Shown in pieces: positions 46,285-55,928 of a stretch of DNA of 64,000 nucleotides; the stretch's first letter is position 1, and every line of letters begins with the position of its first letter. The position numbers were made by a program, and so were the translations under genes. The DNA lies in assembly GCA_963807065.1 (NCBI GenBank), contig CAWDZQ010000001.1:138303-202302 (forward strand), given 5' to 3'. This DNA comes from an uncultured Chloroflexia bacterium (GTDB taxonomy: Bacteria; Chloroflexota; Anaerolineae; Anaerolineales; E44-bin32). A model generated the notes under the pieces. That model did not search any database, was not told the origin of the DNA, and saw only the letters and a program-made list of their open reading frames with translations.

Positions 46285-47701
46285 TCGTCCACCAGCCCAG
46301 CACGGCGGCGAGCGCCACCCACGCCAAGGAGAATCCAATCTGGACGTTTAGAAACGAAGGCAGGAATCGAGATTGCACACGCTCGCCACCCGAGATCTGG
46401 ACCAGGAAGGCCAGCCCCACCAGGCTGGTGAGCAAGGATGACCCTCCGTAAGACACGAAGGGAAGAGTGACGCCTGTCAGCGGCAGAAGCCGCACGACAC
46501 CGCCGATGATCAGCACACTTTGCAGGCCGAATCCGATGGATACGCCGGCGGCGAGGATGACAGCGAAGGGGTCTCGGGCACGGCTGGCGGCCCGAAGCCC
46601 ACGGTTGACCAATATGGCCACCAGACCGATCAGCCCCAAGGCGCCGATCATCCCCCACTCTTCGGCGATGGCCGCAAACACAAAATCGGTGTGGGCGGCG
46701 GGGACAAAACCTGGTGATCCAAATCCCGGCCCACGCCCGATGAGCCCGCCGGAGGCGATGGCGATCAACGATTGCACGATCTGGTAAGCGTGGCCGGAGG
46801 GATCCGCCCAAGGGTTGATCCAGGCTTCGATCCGCAGCCGAACGATCCCTATGAAAAGCCAGCCGAGCACGCCTCCGCCCGCGGCCGCTGCAGCCGCCCC
46901 CAGAAGTGCTTTCCACCGACCGAGGGCTGCGTACACCAGCACGGCCAAGAGTCCGACAAACAGAGTCCCCGTCCCAAGATCCCGCTGGGCAATCACCAGC
47001 AAGACCGAAAGGCCGGCGATCGCCCACAGCGGCGCGTATTCGGCCCAGCCAAAGGACTCCCCGCGCCCCCAGATGAGGCGATCACCAAGATACGATGCCA
47101 GGTATACGATGAGCAGCAATCGCAGGAGCTCGGATGGTTGAAAATAGAGCCCGCAGCACCCCAGCCACAGGTGAGGCTCTCCCCCGGATGGGTTGGTGCC
47201 CAAGAGCAGTGTCAGGCCGGTCAGAAGGATGGCGCCCGTCATCCAAAGATACCGGTAGCGGCGCAGCCATCCCAGGTCGGACGGCCGCCGAAAGACCTCA
47301 ACCAGTAGGACCGTGCCGACCAGGAACCAGGCCGTCTGCCTCGCGCCAAAGCTCGGAAGCAGGCGCCAGATGGTCAGCGTGCCCCAACCGGTGAGCAGGT
47401 AGGCAATGGGAAGGAGCATCGGATCGCGGTTGGGCTTGGTCCGCTTGAGGACTCTGCGAACGGTCCATGCCGACCCAACCCAAATCGGGAGCACCACCAG
47501 CGGTACCAGCCGCTCCGGCGCAAGCTGCCACCGGTCGATCCTGGCCGCTGGTGACAGGGCCAGGGCCAAACCGGTCAAGCCCAGAAAGACAAACGCCAGC
47601 GTAAACAAACGCCGCTCGCGTTGGGCGACCTGTTTGGCCGAGTCAGGAAAGGTATCGATCGATGAAGAGAGAGAGGCGCTCACGCACGTCTTCCGGAACA
47701 T
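46283..47701 (-). CDS. SEDS-family peptidoglycan glycosyltransferase (RodA/FtsW); the frame continues into an extra TM helix and then junk
   Basis: Ten-TM FtsW/RodA/SpoVE pattern (HTDFVFAAIAEEWG ... LPFVSYGGSSLL). The ORF-track frame runs on to 46100. I end the meaningful part at the break near 46283. Confidence 0.85.
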
Positions 47702-48518
47702 GGCCGGAGGGGGTGGTCAGGGCGTTTCGCAGGGCGGAGCCGCATTCACATGCCCGCTCTTTGGGCATCTGTGCCACAGCCCGGCGAATGGCTCGTTGGG
47801 CAAGATCCGTGTTGGCATTTACTGTTCCCATAACCATCTCAACATTCACGGGCTCCTCAGCCGTGCGCCAGACGTCATAATCGGTAACGTGGGCAATCAC
47901 CGTATAGCACAGCTCAGCCTCGCGAGCCAGAAACGCCTCCGTGCTGGTGGTCATCCCGATGATGGACATACCCCAGGCTCGATAGGTGTTGGACTCGGCC
48001 CGGGTTGAGAAACGCGGGCCCTCGATGGTCACGAATGACCCGCCGCGGTGCACCGTTCCCCCCTCGGCGGCGATGCAGTCGGCGACGAGCGCCGATAGCT
48101 GCGGACAGAAGGGGTCGGCCACACTCACGTGAGCCACCAGTCCCCGGCCGAAGAAACTCGTCTCGCGTTTGCGTGTGTTGTCGTAGAGCTGATCCGGTAC
48201 AACGATGTCGCCAGGAGCATAGTCCTCGCGCAGCGACCCGCAGGCGCTGGCCGAGATCACCCGCAGGACTCCCAACTGTTTCAAGGCGAAGATGTTAGCG
48301 CGGTAGTTGATCTCCGAGGGCGGGACCACATGGCCCTGCCCATGGCGAGCCAAGAAGGCGACGGGCTGCCCATCAAGCACGCCGAGGATCAGAGGCGAAC
48401 TCGGCTGCCCGAAGGGCGTGTCGACCTTGATTTCTTGGCGGATTTCCAGGCCCTCCATTTGGTAGAGCCCGGAGCCTCCGATCACGCCGATCTCAACATC
48501 TTCCATGCTCGCCTCCAA
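47643..48518 (-). CDS. mtnP: S-methyl-5'-thioadenosine phosphorylase
   Basis: IGVIGGSGLY ... FLARHG ... INYRANI ... TIEGPRFST ... IGMT are MTAP/PNP family II motifs. Confidence 0.9.
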   Translation of the reverse strand: MEASMEDVEIGVIGGSGLYQMEGLEIRQEIKVDTPFGQPSSPLILGVLDGQPVAFLARHGQGHVVPPSEINYRANIFALKQLGVLRVISASACGSLREDYAPGDIVVPDQLYDNTRKRETSFFGRGLVAHVSVADPFCPQLSALVADCIAAEGGTVHRGGSFVTIEGPRFSTRAESNTYRAWGMSIIGMTTSTEAFLAREAELCYTVIAHVTDYDVWRTAEEPVNVEMVMGTVNANTDLAQRAIRRAVAQMPKERACECGSALRNALTTPSGHVPEDVRERLSLFIDRYLS

Positions 48519-48636
48519 ACTGAGGACACGCGGTGAGATCGTATCATAGCTACCCGGGACCCTCCTTGAGCCCGGCTATCTCCCTCCCTCACGGCGTTCC
48601 AGGCAAGTCGTCAGGGCAGCGTTCCAGGCGCGCCGG

Positions 48637-49059
48637 CTACTCCACTCTCTCAAGCCGCACACGCACACGCCCAAAACGAATCTCGTCTCCGTAGGCCACC
48701 ACAAGCGGCTCTTCGACGCGCAGATCATTGACGTCGGTGCCATTGCGCGATGCCAAGTCCTCCAGCCACCATTGTTCCCCGTGGTAGAAGATGCGAGCGT
48801 GATGGGAGGAGACGGTCTCATCGTCCAGACGGATGGTGTTGTCGGCCGCACGTCCGATTTCGTTCAGCGCCTCCAGGGCAAAGACGATCCCGGAAGGAAT
48901 ACCGTCAACCGTCACGACGCGGGCCGCTGGCGCGCCTTCGGCGACCTGCCGAGTGGCCCGGAGATCCTTCCACTGGACGTACAACAACCAGCCGAGAAAG
49001 AGGTACAGAACGATTGCCAGGCCAATTCGGACGCCGAGCAGAGTCTGGGCGGGAGTCAT
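48637..49059 (-). CDS. membrane-anchored FHA-domain protein (FhaB/FipA-like)
   Basis: N-terminal TM (IGLAIVLYLFLGWLLYV) plus FHA (IGRAADNTIRLDDETVSSHHARI ... LASRNGTDVN). The start overlaps the upstream stop. Confidence 0.85.
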   Translation of the reverse strand: MTPAQTLLGVRIGLAIVLYLFLGWLLYVQWKDLRATRQVAEGAPAARVVTVDGIPSGIVFALEALNEIGRAADNTIRLDDETVSSHHARIFYHGEQWWLEDLASRNGTDVNDLRVEEPLVVAYGDEIRFGRVRVRLERVE

Positions 49060-49892
49060 GCTTTGAGCAGACTGCCGGAGTCCCCATCCCGATCGACCTC
49101 ACTCCGGGTCTTCTGGTCCCCCGCGGGACGGGGTGGGAATGGCGGCGCGTAGGCTTCGGTTGAATCCGGCGGGCCACCTGGATCCTCGCCATACACCAGG
49201 CGGATCTCGGCAATCGAGATCACATCACCTTGTCGTAGGATATGCTGTTTGACGGCCCGCCCGTTCACTTTAGTCCCCGTGGTCGAACCCAAGTCAAACA
49301 GAACAAACCTGCCGTCCCGGATGCGCAGCTGTGCATGGGTCCGAGAGACATGCGGATTGTCCAGAATCAGCTGGTTGTCGAGTCGTCGCCCGATATTGAC
49401 CACCGGGCGATCCAAAGCATAGTGGCCCCGCCCGTCGACAATCAGGAAGGCACCCTCGGGCACCTCGCCGGAACGAAGTACGGTCTCACGCTGCATGGGA
49501 TGGGTGAATTCCAGTGGGTTCCCGCTGTGCCAAGCGACGACGCGCACCTCCCAGCGCTTCAGCGTGGGATCGGCTGCGATGGTGATGTTGGGTTGGCGCT
49601 GGAGGATAAAGCCCGCCGAGCGAACCACGTCGAGCAAGCCCTTGGCCAGGACGGAGTGAATGTTGGGCGCCGAATCGAGAAGGAAGTTGGCATCATCCGG
49701 ATGGAGGGTCAATGCGTACTGGTCGGGAGCATAGCTGTTGCCCTGCTCGTCTCGCTTGCCGACCTCTTCCATGGCACGCGCCAACTGCCCAGCGACCACC
49801 GCCGGTGAGATTTCCGCCCCCAGCAAGCGTGCCAGTGAGCCCTCGACCAGCAGTTCGAGTTGTTTTTCAAGACGTACAAGCCGATCCTTCAT
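49056..49892 (-). CDS. FhaA-like protein (DUF3662-type N-terminal domain plus C-terminal FHA domain), copy 1
   Basis: N-terminal LVRLEKQLELLVEGSLARLLG. C-terminal IGRRLDNQLILDNPHVSRTHAQL ... GSTTGTKVNG. Confidence 0.85.
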   Translation of the reverse strand: MKDRLVRLEKQLELLVEGSLARLLGAEISPAVVAGQLARAMEEVGKRDEQGNSYAPDQYALTLHPDDANFLLDSAPNIHSVLAKGLLDVVRSAGFILQRQPNITIAADPTLKRWEVRVVAWHSGNPLEFTHPMQRETVLRSGEVPEGAFLIVDGRGHYALDRPVVNIGRRLDNQLILDNPHVSRTHAQLRIRDGRFVLFDLGSTTGTKVNGRAVKQHILRQGDVISIAEIRLVYGEDPGGPPDSTEAYAPPFPPRPAGDQKTRSEVDRDGDSGSLLKA

Positions 49893-50009
49893 CGCAGGGG
49901 ATTATAAGACGGAGTCCGGCGATGACCAACCCTTCGGATTTGGGCGGGATCCTGCGGAAAGCCCCGGCTGGCAAATGGCGGGAACTCGGAGGTTAATCGC
50001 CGTTGGTCT

Positions 50010-50876
50010 TTAGCCTTCCGAATGTTGCGAGCGCTTGGACGCCTCCAGCCTCTCTGTCACCGGCGCATTATGATGGGTGGTGGCCGGGCTGGTGACTTGT
50101 TGGGGGCCGGCCGCACTGGTCAGTGGACCCTGATAGGGGGCCGCCTGGGTCGGGGGCTCACCGGGGCTTTCGCCGTAGACCAGCTCGGTCTCAGCAAGGC
50201 GGATGACGTCACCGGGGTGGAGCATCTCGGAGCGAACGCGCCGACCGTTCACCTGGGTTCCCGCCGTCGAATGGAGATCCTGTATGGAAAACTGCCCGCC
50301 GGAACTCTGAATCAGCGAATGTCTGCGTGAGACACGCGGGTTGTCGATCACCAGATCATTGTCGAGACTTCGTCCGATGGCCACTTCGTCGGCTTGCAGA
50401 CGGAAGATGTGTGTCCCGCCCACTACAAGAAACGCATCCGGCCGGCCGCTTCTTGGACTAGATTCCGGCTCAACGTCGGGCCGGTCCTCCATCTTGAGCG
50501 GATCACCGCTGTGCCAGGCGATGACCTGGACACTTCCGCGTCCCAGCATGGGATCGGTGCTGAAAGAGATGTGGAGACGGCGGGTGACCTGGAACCCGGT
50601 CGCCTGCAAATTCGCGCGTAGACCGTCGCCCATCGCAGACTGGAGCGTGTTCCATGTGCTGGCCAGCTTGGATGCATCGTCTGAATTGAGGCTGATGTTG
50701 AACTGGTCCGGGGGATGACGGATTCCGGTGGCGTCTACTCGGCTGATGCCGTCGATCTCCCTGGCTAGCGATGACGCCAGTTGGCGCGAGGAAACCCCCA
50801 GGGTCTCCAATACTTTAAGTTCTTCTGCCGCCCAAGCCTCAAGGTTGGGTTCAAGATCAGAGGATTCATAGGCCAT
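50010..50876 (-). CDS. FhaA-like protein (DUF3662-type N-terminal domain plus C-terminal FHA domain), copy 2
   Basis: Same architecture as copy 1. C-terminal IGRSLDNDLVIDNPRVSRRHSLI ... HSTAGTQVNG. Confidence 0.85.
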   Translation of the reverse strand: MAYESSDLEPNLEAWAAEELKVLETLGVSSRQLASSLAREIDGISRVDATGIRHPPDQFNISLNSDDASKLASTWNTLQSAMGDGLRANLQATGFQVTRRLHISFSTDPMLGRGSVQVIAWHSGDPLKMEDRPDVEPESSPRSGRPDAFLVVGGTHIFRLQADEVAIGRSLDNDLVIDNPRVSRRHSLIQSSGGQFSIQDLHSTAGTQVNGRRVRSEMLHPGDVIRLAETELVYGESPGEPPTQAAPYQGPLTSAAGPQQVTSPATTHHNAPVTERLEASKRSQHSEG

Positions 50877-50931
50877 AGGTCAACAAATTATACGCTTGGA
50901 AGCGCACCACACCAGGTGGTCATTCTATACT

Positions 50932-51348
50932 ATGCGTATGGTGACCGGAGACGGATTTGAGGAACTCGAGCACATGGCGGATTGGTCCCTTCGAATCTGG
51001 GGCGCCACGATGGCCGAGCTTCTCACCGCCGCCACCCGAGGCATGCTTGCCTTGATGGGTGTGGATGTGCTCCGCCCCAATTCCGGCGCCCGGCCGGTCG
51101 AAATCGCGTCCGATGACCGAGAAAGCCTCTTGGTCGCCTGGCTGGACGATGTCCTGTTTAATCTTGAAACGCGTCACGTCATTCCGGCCGAGGTGGCACT
51201 CGAAGCCGGAGACGATTGGCTGCGGGCGACCATTGTCGAGGCGCCCTCTCCGGAAACACACAACCCGATCAAGGCCGTCACGTTTCACGATCTCGAGGTG
51301 GTCGAATCCGCTGCCGGCCTGGAAGCCCGGCTTGTGTTTGACGTTTAG
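50932..51348 (+). CDS. archease (RtcB activator)
   Basis: FEELEHMADWSLRIWG ... KAVTFHDLEV are archease hallmarks. Located immediately upstream of rtcB. The start could be ATG 50932 or 50938. Confidence 0.85.
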   Translation: MRMVTGDGFEELEHMADWSLRIWGATMAELLTAATRGMLALMGVDVLRPNSGARPVEIASDDRESLLVAWLDDVLFNLETRHVIPAEVALEAGDDWLRATIVEAPSPETHNPIKAVTFHDLEVVESAAGLEARLVFDV

Positions 51349-51366
51349 GCTCGAAAGGCAGGCAGG

Positions 51367-52818
51367 ATGCCAAGCAAACAGGATTTCAAGCGCCTTTCCC
51401 CGTGGCTCTGGGAATTGGCACGCGACCACCGATCCGACATGCGCGTTCCCGTACGCGTGTTTGCCGATGAGCGGCTCCTGGAAGCCGCCCTTGGAGACAA
51501 GTCAATGGAGCAGGCGGTCAATGCAGCCACCCTCCCGGGGCTGGTCGGCTGCGTGGTGGTGATGCCGGACGTACACCAGGGATACGGTTTCCCGATCGGC
51601 GGCGTGGCCGCATCCGCCCTGCCCGACGGAGTGATTTCTCCCGGGGCGATTGGCTATGACATCAACTGTGGCGTTCGTCTTCTCGCCAGCCGCATTCCTT
51701 TCGAAGCCGCAGCCCCACACCTCGAAGCACTGACCGATGCGCTCTACGCCAATTGTCCAAGCGGGGTCGGCGAGAAGGGCTCGGTGCCCCTCAATCAGGC
51801 GGACCTCGAGGCGGTCTGTCGGAAGGGCTCTGGCTGGGCCCTGAGCCATGGCTATGCCGAGCCGGACGACCTGGAGCGGACCGAAGCCCGGGGCTGCATT
51901 GCCGGAGCCGACCCGCCCCAGCTCAGCCACCGCGCCCGAATGCGGGGGCTGCCGCAGCTGGGCACATTGGGATCGGGCAATCACTTCATCGAAGTTGACG
52001 TGGTGGAGGAGATCTTCGATGCACAGGCTGCCACCGCGATGGGGATCGAAACTGACCACCTGGCTGTGCTCATCCACTCAGGGTCTCGTGGATTTGGTCA
52101 CCAGATTTGTACTGACTTTGTCAGAGACTTTCAGGCGGCTGTCCGCCGTTACAAGATCGAGCTCCCTGATCGCCAGTTGGTGTGCGCGCCCCTCGACTCA
52201 CCGGAAGGCAAAGCCTACCTGGCGGCCATGGCCTGCGCCGCCAACTATGCGTTCTGCAACCGCCAGGTGCTTGCTCACCACGTCCGCCGCTCCTTTGACC
52301 AGGTCCTGGCCCGGCCACTTGGGGAGGCTGGCTTGCACCAGGTGTACGACATCGCTCACAACATGGGCAAAATCGAGACTCACCAAGTGGGTGGCCGGCA
52401 GGTGGAGGTGTGCGTCCACCGCAAGGGCGCCACACGTGCGTTTGGTCCCGGCTTCGCCGATCTGCCCGAGGCCTACCGGATGTTGGGCCAGCCGGTCCTG
52501 GTGCCCGGAAGTATGGGCACCGCCTCATGGATTCTTCTGGGTACCCGCGGCAGCATGACTCAGTCTTTTGGGTCGACTTGTCACGGCGCCGGCCGGGTAA
52601 TGAGCCGGTCCCAGGCCAAGAAGAGCGTGCGTGGCCAGGACCTCAAATCCCATCTGGCACGCCGCGGCATCAGCATCCGTGCCGGCTCGATGGCCGGGCT
52701 GGCTGAGGAAGCGCCATCGGCGTACAAAGACGTCGATGCGGTGGTGGAGGTGGTCACGCGAGCCGGCATTGCTGCCAAAGTGGCTCGCTTGCGCCCGGTC
52801 GGGGTGATCAAGGGTTAG
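51367..52818 (+). CDS. rtcB: RNA 3'-phosphate ligase RtcB
   Basis: [30 protein letters not shown] and CHGAGR. Confidence 0.96.
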   Translation: MPSKQDFKRLSPWLWELARDHRSDMRVPVRVFADERLLEAALGDKSMEQAVNAATLPGLVGCVVVMPDVHQGYGFPIGGVAASALPDGVISPGAIGYDINCGVRLLASRIPFEAAAPHLEALTDALYANCPSGVGEKGSVPLNQADLEAVCRKGSGWALSHGYAEPDDLERTEARGCIAGADPPQLSHRARMRGLPQLGTLGSGNHFIEVDVVEEIFDAQAATAMGIETDHLAVLIHSGSRGFGHQICTDFVRDFQAAVRRYKIELPDRQLVCAPLDSPEGKAYLAAMACAANYAFCNRQVLAHHVRRSFDQVLARPLGEAGLHQVYDIAHNMGKIETHQVGGRQVEVCVHRKGATRAFGPGFADLPEAYRMLGQPVLVPGSMGTASWILLGTRGSMTQSFGSTCHGAGRVMSRSQAKKSVRGQDLKSHLARRGISIRAGSMAGLAEEAPSAYKDVDAVVEVVTRAGIAAKVARLRPVGVIKG

Positions 52819-53174
52819 TCGGGCGGGGGCCCTCCCCTGCCAGATTGCAGGTACACCTTGAGCGCCACGGCGTTGTTGATCTGCTCGTCTCTTGCGGCGT
52901 AGATCAGGGTCACTGGCCCTTTTGCCGCCTCACGACGCAGGTCAGCCACCGCCTCCGGTTGAGCATCCAGTTCTTCAAAATAGGCCGCCAGGAAGTCGTC
53001 CCACTGTTCCGGATCGTGCCGAAATCGCCGTCTCAGGTCGTGGCTGGGGGCCAGGTCCTTCAACCATCCGTCGATGCGGGCGTTCTCCTTGGATACGCCC
53101 CTCGGCCAAAGGCGGTCGACCAAAAACCGCCGACCATCCTCTTCGGAAACCGGCGCATACACTCGCTTGACCAT
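52815..53174 (-). CDS. DUF488-domain protein
   Basis: [15 protein letters not shown]...[13 protein letters not shown] ... TLIYAARD is typical DUF488. The start is set at ATG 53174. Confidence 0.85.
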   Translation of the reverse strand: MVKRVYAPVSEEDGRRFLVDRLWPRGVSKENARIDGWLKDLAPSHDLRRRFRHDPEQWDDFLAAYFEELDAQPEAVADLRREAAKGPVTLIYAARDEQINNAVALKVYLQSGRGGPPPD

Positions 53175-53267
53175 CAGGCCAGGTTCAACCCCAGACTTGC
53201 TCATCATGGCCGGTTTGTGACGCCTTTCACAAATGGACCTCCCATCGGTGGCGGTCGTCCCTCCAGC

Positions 53268-54086
53268 CTAAAGCTGGGCGATCAACTCGTCCCGCCGAAA
53301 GAGACGAACCCCTAACCAGAGCAAGCCCACATCAACCGCCCACAGGACGAAGCCAGTCAGGACCACCAGCCAGATGTCGAAATATACCACCCCCGTTGCC
53401 TGCCCGAGGACCAGGAGCACGATCGGCAGGACCACCACCCCGCCCAGTTGGTAGGCCTCTTGAAAGGTCCGGACTCGGCTCGAGACCAGCACCATTGACC
53501 CCAACCCCAATCCGGCGGCGGCCGGCGCTACCCAAATGACCATCACCGTCCAGGTCAGATTGGGGAGCAGCATCTTGCCCAAGAGATTCCACGTGGCGAG
53601 ATCGGCGATCAGGCTGTAGATGATGTAGCCCAAGGCCGTGACGGCCCACGCCGGCAACCACGCCGAAAGGGTTTTGGCCACAAACAGATCCACATCTGAC
53701 GTGGGTGTGTAGAGCAGCGCTTCCAGCGTCTTGCGCTCCTTTTCACCGGCGAAGCTGTCGGCAGCGATCACGCTGGCCACCATCACCGGAAGGATCAGGA
53801 ACAATGGAGCCATGACATAGACCAGCATCCAAACTGCAAGAATCTGGGTGTCACTATAGCCGGAAAACGCGGCCTGCAGGGCCGGCGAAGCACCACGGAT
53901 AAGTTGATCAACCCGGGGCATGTTCGCGCCCGGCAGGTTGGAAAGGGAAGGGATGAATGACACCAGAGCCGGCATCAGGATGAAGAGCAAGGCTGGGACC
54001 GCAATTAAGGGGATGAACACAGCCTTGCTCTGGATCACCACCATGAGGTCTTTTCGAATAATCGTGGCGATCGCCCGTCGGTTCAT
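53268..54086 (-). CDS. ABC-2-type transporter permease
   Basis: 272 aa, six predicted TM segments. The start overlaps the stop of the ATPase gene (ATGA-type coupling). Confidence 0.8.
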   Translation of the reverse strand: MNRRAIATIIRKDLMVVIQSKAVFIPLIAVPALLFILMPALVSFIPSLSNLPGANMPRVDQLIRGASPALQAAFSGYSDTQILAVWMLVYVMAPLFLILPVMVASVIAADSFAGEKERKTLEALLYTPTSDVDLFVAKTLSAWLPAWAVTALGYIIYSLIADLATWNLLGKMLLPNLTWTVMVIWVAPAAAGLGLGSMVLVSSRVRTFQEAYQLGGVVVLPIVLLVLGQATGVVYFDIWLVVLTGFVLWAVDVGLLWLGVRLFRRDELIAQL

Positions 54087-55033
54087 GCGGCCGGCTCCAT
54101 CTCGCCCTGTAGGGCAAAGTAGACATCCTCCAGGGTGGCCTCCTGGGGGACAACTGCGAAGATCGGAATGCCTTGGTCCGCCAGCGCCCGCACCAGCTCG
54201 GGGGTCCCCTCATGGCCCACCCCCTGGATGGTCATATGGCCGGGGACAGTGTGGTCAAGCACCTCGACCCCGCGATCTGCCAGCCACCCAATCGCCTCGT
54301 CAGCTCGCGCGGGTTCAACTTCGAGAGTCGTCTTCAGCGTCGTAACCCATTGCCGTCCGAGTTCTTGAGGACTTCCGAGCGCCAGGAGTCTGCCTCGCCC
54401 CAGCACAGCCACCCGATGGCATAAGCGCTGAGCCTCGTTCAGGTTGTGAGTGCAGAGGAAGACCGTATGTCCTTCGTGCTGGCTGAGTTGGATGATTAAC
54501 TCGTGCACACTGCGCGCCAGCACCGGGTCGAGGCCGGCTGTCGGCTCGTCGAGGAAGAGAACCTCGGGGTGGTGCACAAGGGATCTCGCTAGGGCCAAGC
54601 GGTTCTTCATCCCTTTGGAGAACCCCCCTGCTTTCTCATCGGCCCGATCCGCCAGATGGAAGGTTTCCAGCAAATCATCCACCCGCCCGGCCACCTCGGC
54701 TTGGGGGACGTCATACAAGGCGGCGTAGAGGCTCAGATTGTCTCGCGCCGTCAGGCGTTCTTCGATGGACGGCGTCTCGGTCAGCACGCCTGTCCGCTTG
54801 CGCAGTTCCACGCCTTCGCTGACGGGGTCCAGGCCCAGAACTTGCGCGCTGCCTTCGGTCGGACCGAGCACGCCGTTGAGCAACCGGACAGTGGTCGTTT
54901 TTCCGGCCCCATTGTGCCCCAGGACTCCAAAGATCTCGCCCCTTTCTACCTCAAGACTGAGGTGATCCACGGCGACAAGATCTCCAAACTTTCGTACAAG
55001 GTCTACCGATTGAATGGCAATCGATCCGCCCAT
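54083..55033 (-). CDS. ABC transporter ATP-binding protein (ABC-2 / DrrA-like, with a C-terminal accessory domain)
   Basis: Walker A GHNGAGKTT, signature FSKGMKNRL and Walker B LFLDEPTAGLD. The start is set at ATG 55033 with GGAGG 4 nt upstream. Confidence 0.92.
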   Translation of the reverse strand: MGGSIAIQSVDLVRKFGDLVAVDHLSLEVERGEIFGVLGHNGAGKTTTVRLLNGVLGPTEGSAQVLGLDPVSEGVELRKRTGVLTETPSIEERLTARDNLSLYAALYDVPQAEVAGRVDDLLETFHLADRADEKAGGFSKGMKNRLALARSLVHHPEVLFLDEPTAGLDPVLARSVHELIIQLSQHEGHTVFLCTHNLNEAQRLCHRVAVLGRGRLLALGSPQELGRQWVTTLKTTLEVEPARADEAIGWLADRGVEVLDHTVPGHMTIQGVGHEGTPELVRALADQGIPIFAVVPQEATLEDVYFALQGEMEPAA

Positions 55034-55378
55034 CGCGCCTCCATTCGAATGAGTTCGCGACCTCACCAGCATGTATTCTAAACCAGCCTGGACATTGGCA
55101 ACGGAAAAGGAAACGCGCCATTCGTCACACGGATTCATGTGATTGTGTACTCTAGTCATAGGCCCGGTTGTGGATGAGAATAGTCGTATGGGGAGAACCG
55201 GAACTTCCCTACCGGAGTAACGTGTTCACTTCATAGCCGGCGCTGCAGCCGAGCCCAAGGCACACTGCATCATCCCTTGTAAGACATCAGATAACGCGGA
55301 CGCATTAGGCGATGGCCGGCTCGGCCTGAACTGACACATGGCGCGCCCTGCCCGCAATCGCACCGTAAGGAGGCGATC

Positions 55379-55891
55379 TTGGAAGAACGACACCGATCAC
55401 GTATAGGGATTGGGCTGGTTCTTGTCCTGTTGGGTGTGTGGTTTCTGATGGTGCAGTTGGTCCCCGGACTAGACGCGTGGGCTCGGGCGCATCTCGCCTG
55501 GCCCTTGATCATCGTTGTCGTGGGACTGACGATGCTGCTCATCGGCATCCTGGGGGGCACGCCTGGGATGGCCATTCCGGCTTCCATCGTGACGGGGGTG
55601 GGCTGTCTGCTCTACTGGCAGAACGCCACCGGGGACTGGGCCAGCTGGGCCTATGCCTGGACCCTGTTCCCGGGCTTTGCCGGTCTGGGGACCATGCTGG
55701 CCGGGCTGTTGGGTGATCGGAGCGCGTCCGTATCCGGCGGAGCCTGGATGGTGCTAATCAGCGCCGTTATGTTTGCGGCTTTCGGCTCGTTCCTTGGCGG
55801 CCCCGAGGTGTTCGGCGCCTATTGGCCTGTGCTGCTGATTGGCCTGGGCCTTCTGCTGCTCTTTCGGCCCCTGGCTCGACGTGAGGGCTAA
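55379..55891 (+). CDS. polytopic membrane protein (LiaI/LiaF-type TM hairpin repeats)
   Basis: 170 aa, TTG start preceded by TAAGGAGG. Hydrophobic throughout. Begins IGIGLVLVLLGVWFL. Confidence 0.65.
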   Translation: MEERHRSRIGIGLVLVLLGVWFLMVQLVPGLDAWARAHLAWPLIIVVVGLTMLLIGILGGTPGMAIPASIVTGVGCLLYWQNATGDWASWAYAWTLFPGFAGLGTMLAGLLGDRSASVSGGAWMVLISAVMFAAFGSFLGGPEVFGAYWPVLLIGLGLLLLFRPLARREG

Positions 55892-55928
55892 CCCGAGCGG
55901 CGACCCATCCCAGGCTAGGAGAGTGACC

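Noticed and set aside
46020-47027. 335-aa alternative-frame ORF inside rodA
   Set aside because: It is on the same strand but out of frame with the clearly conserved SEDS sequence. The product is R/P/G-rich and non-membrane-like.
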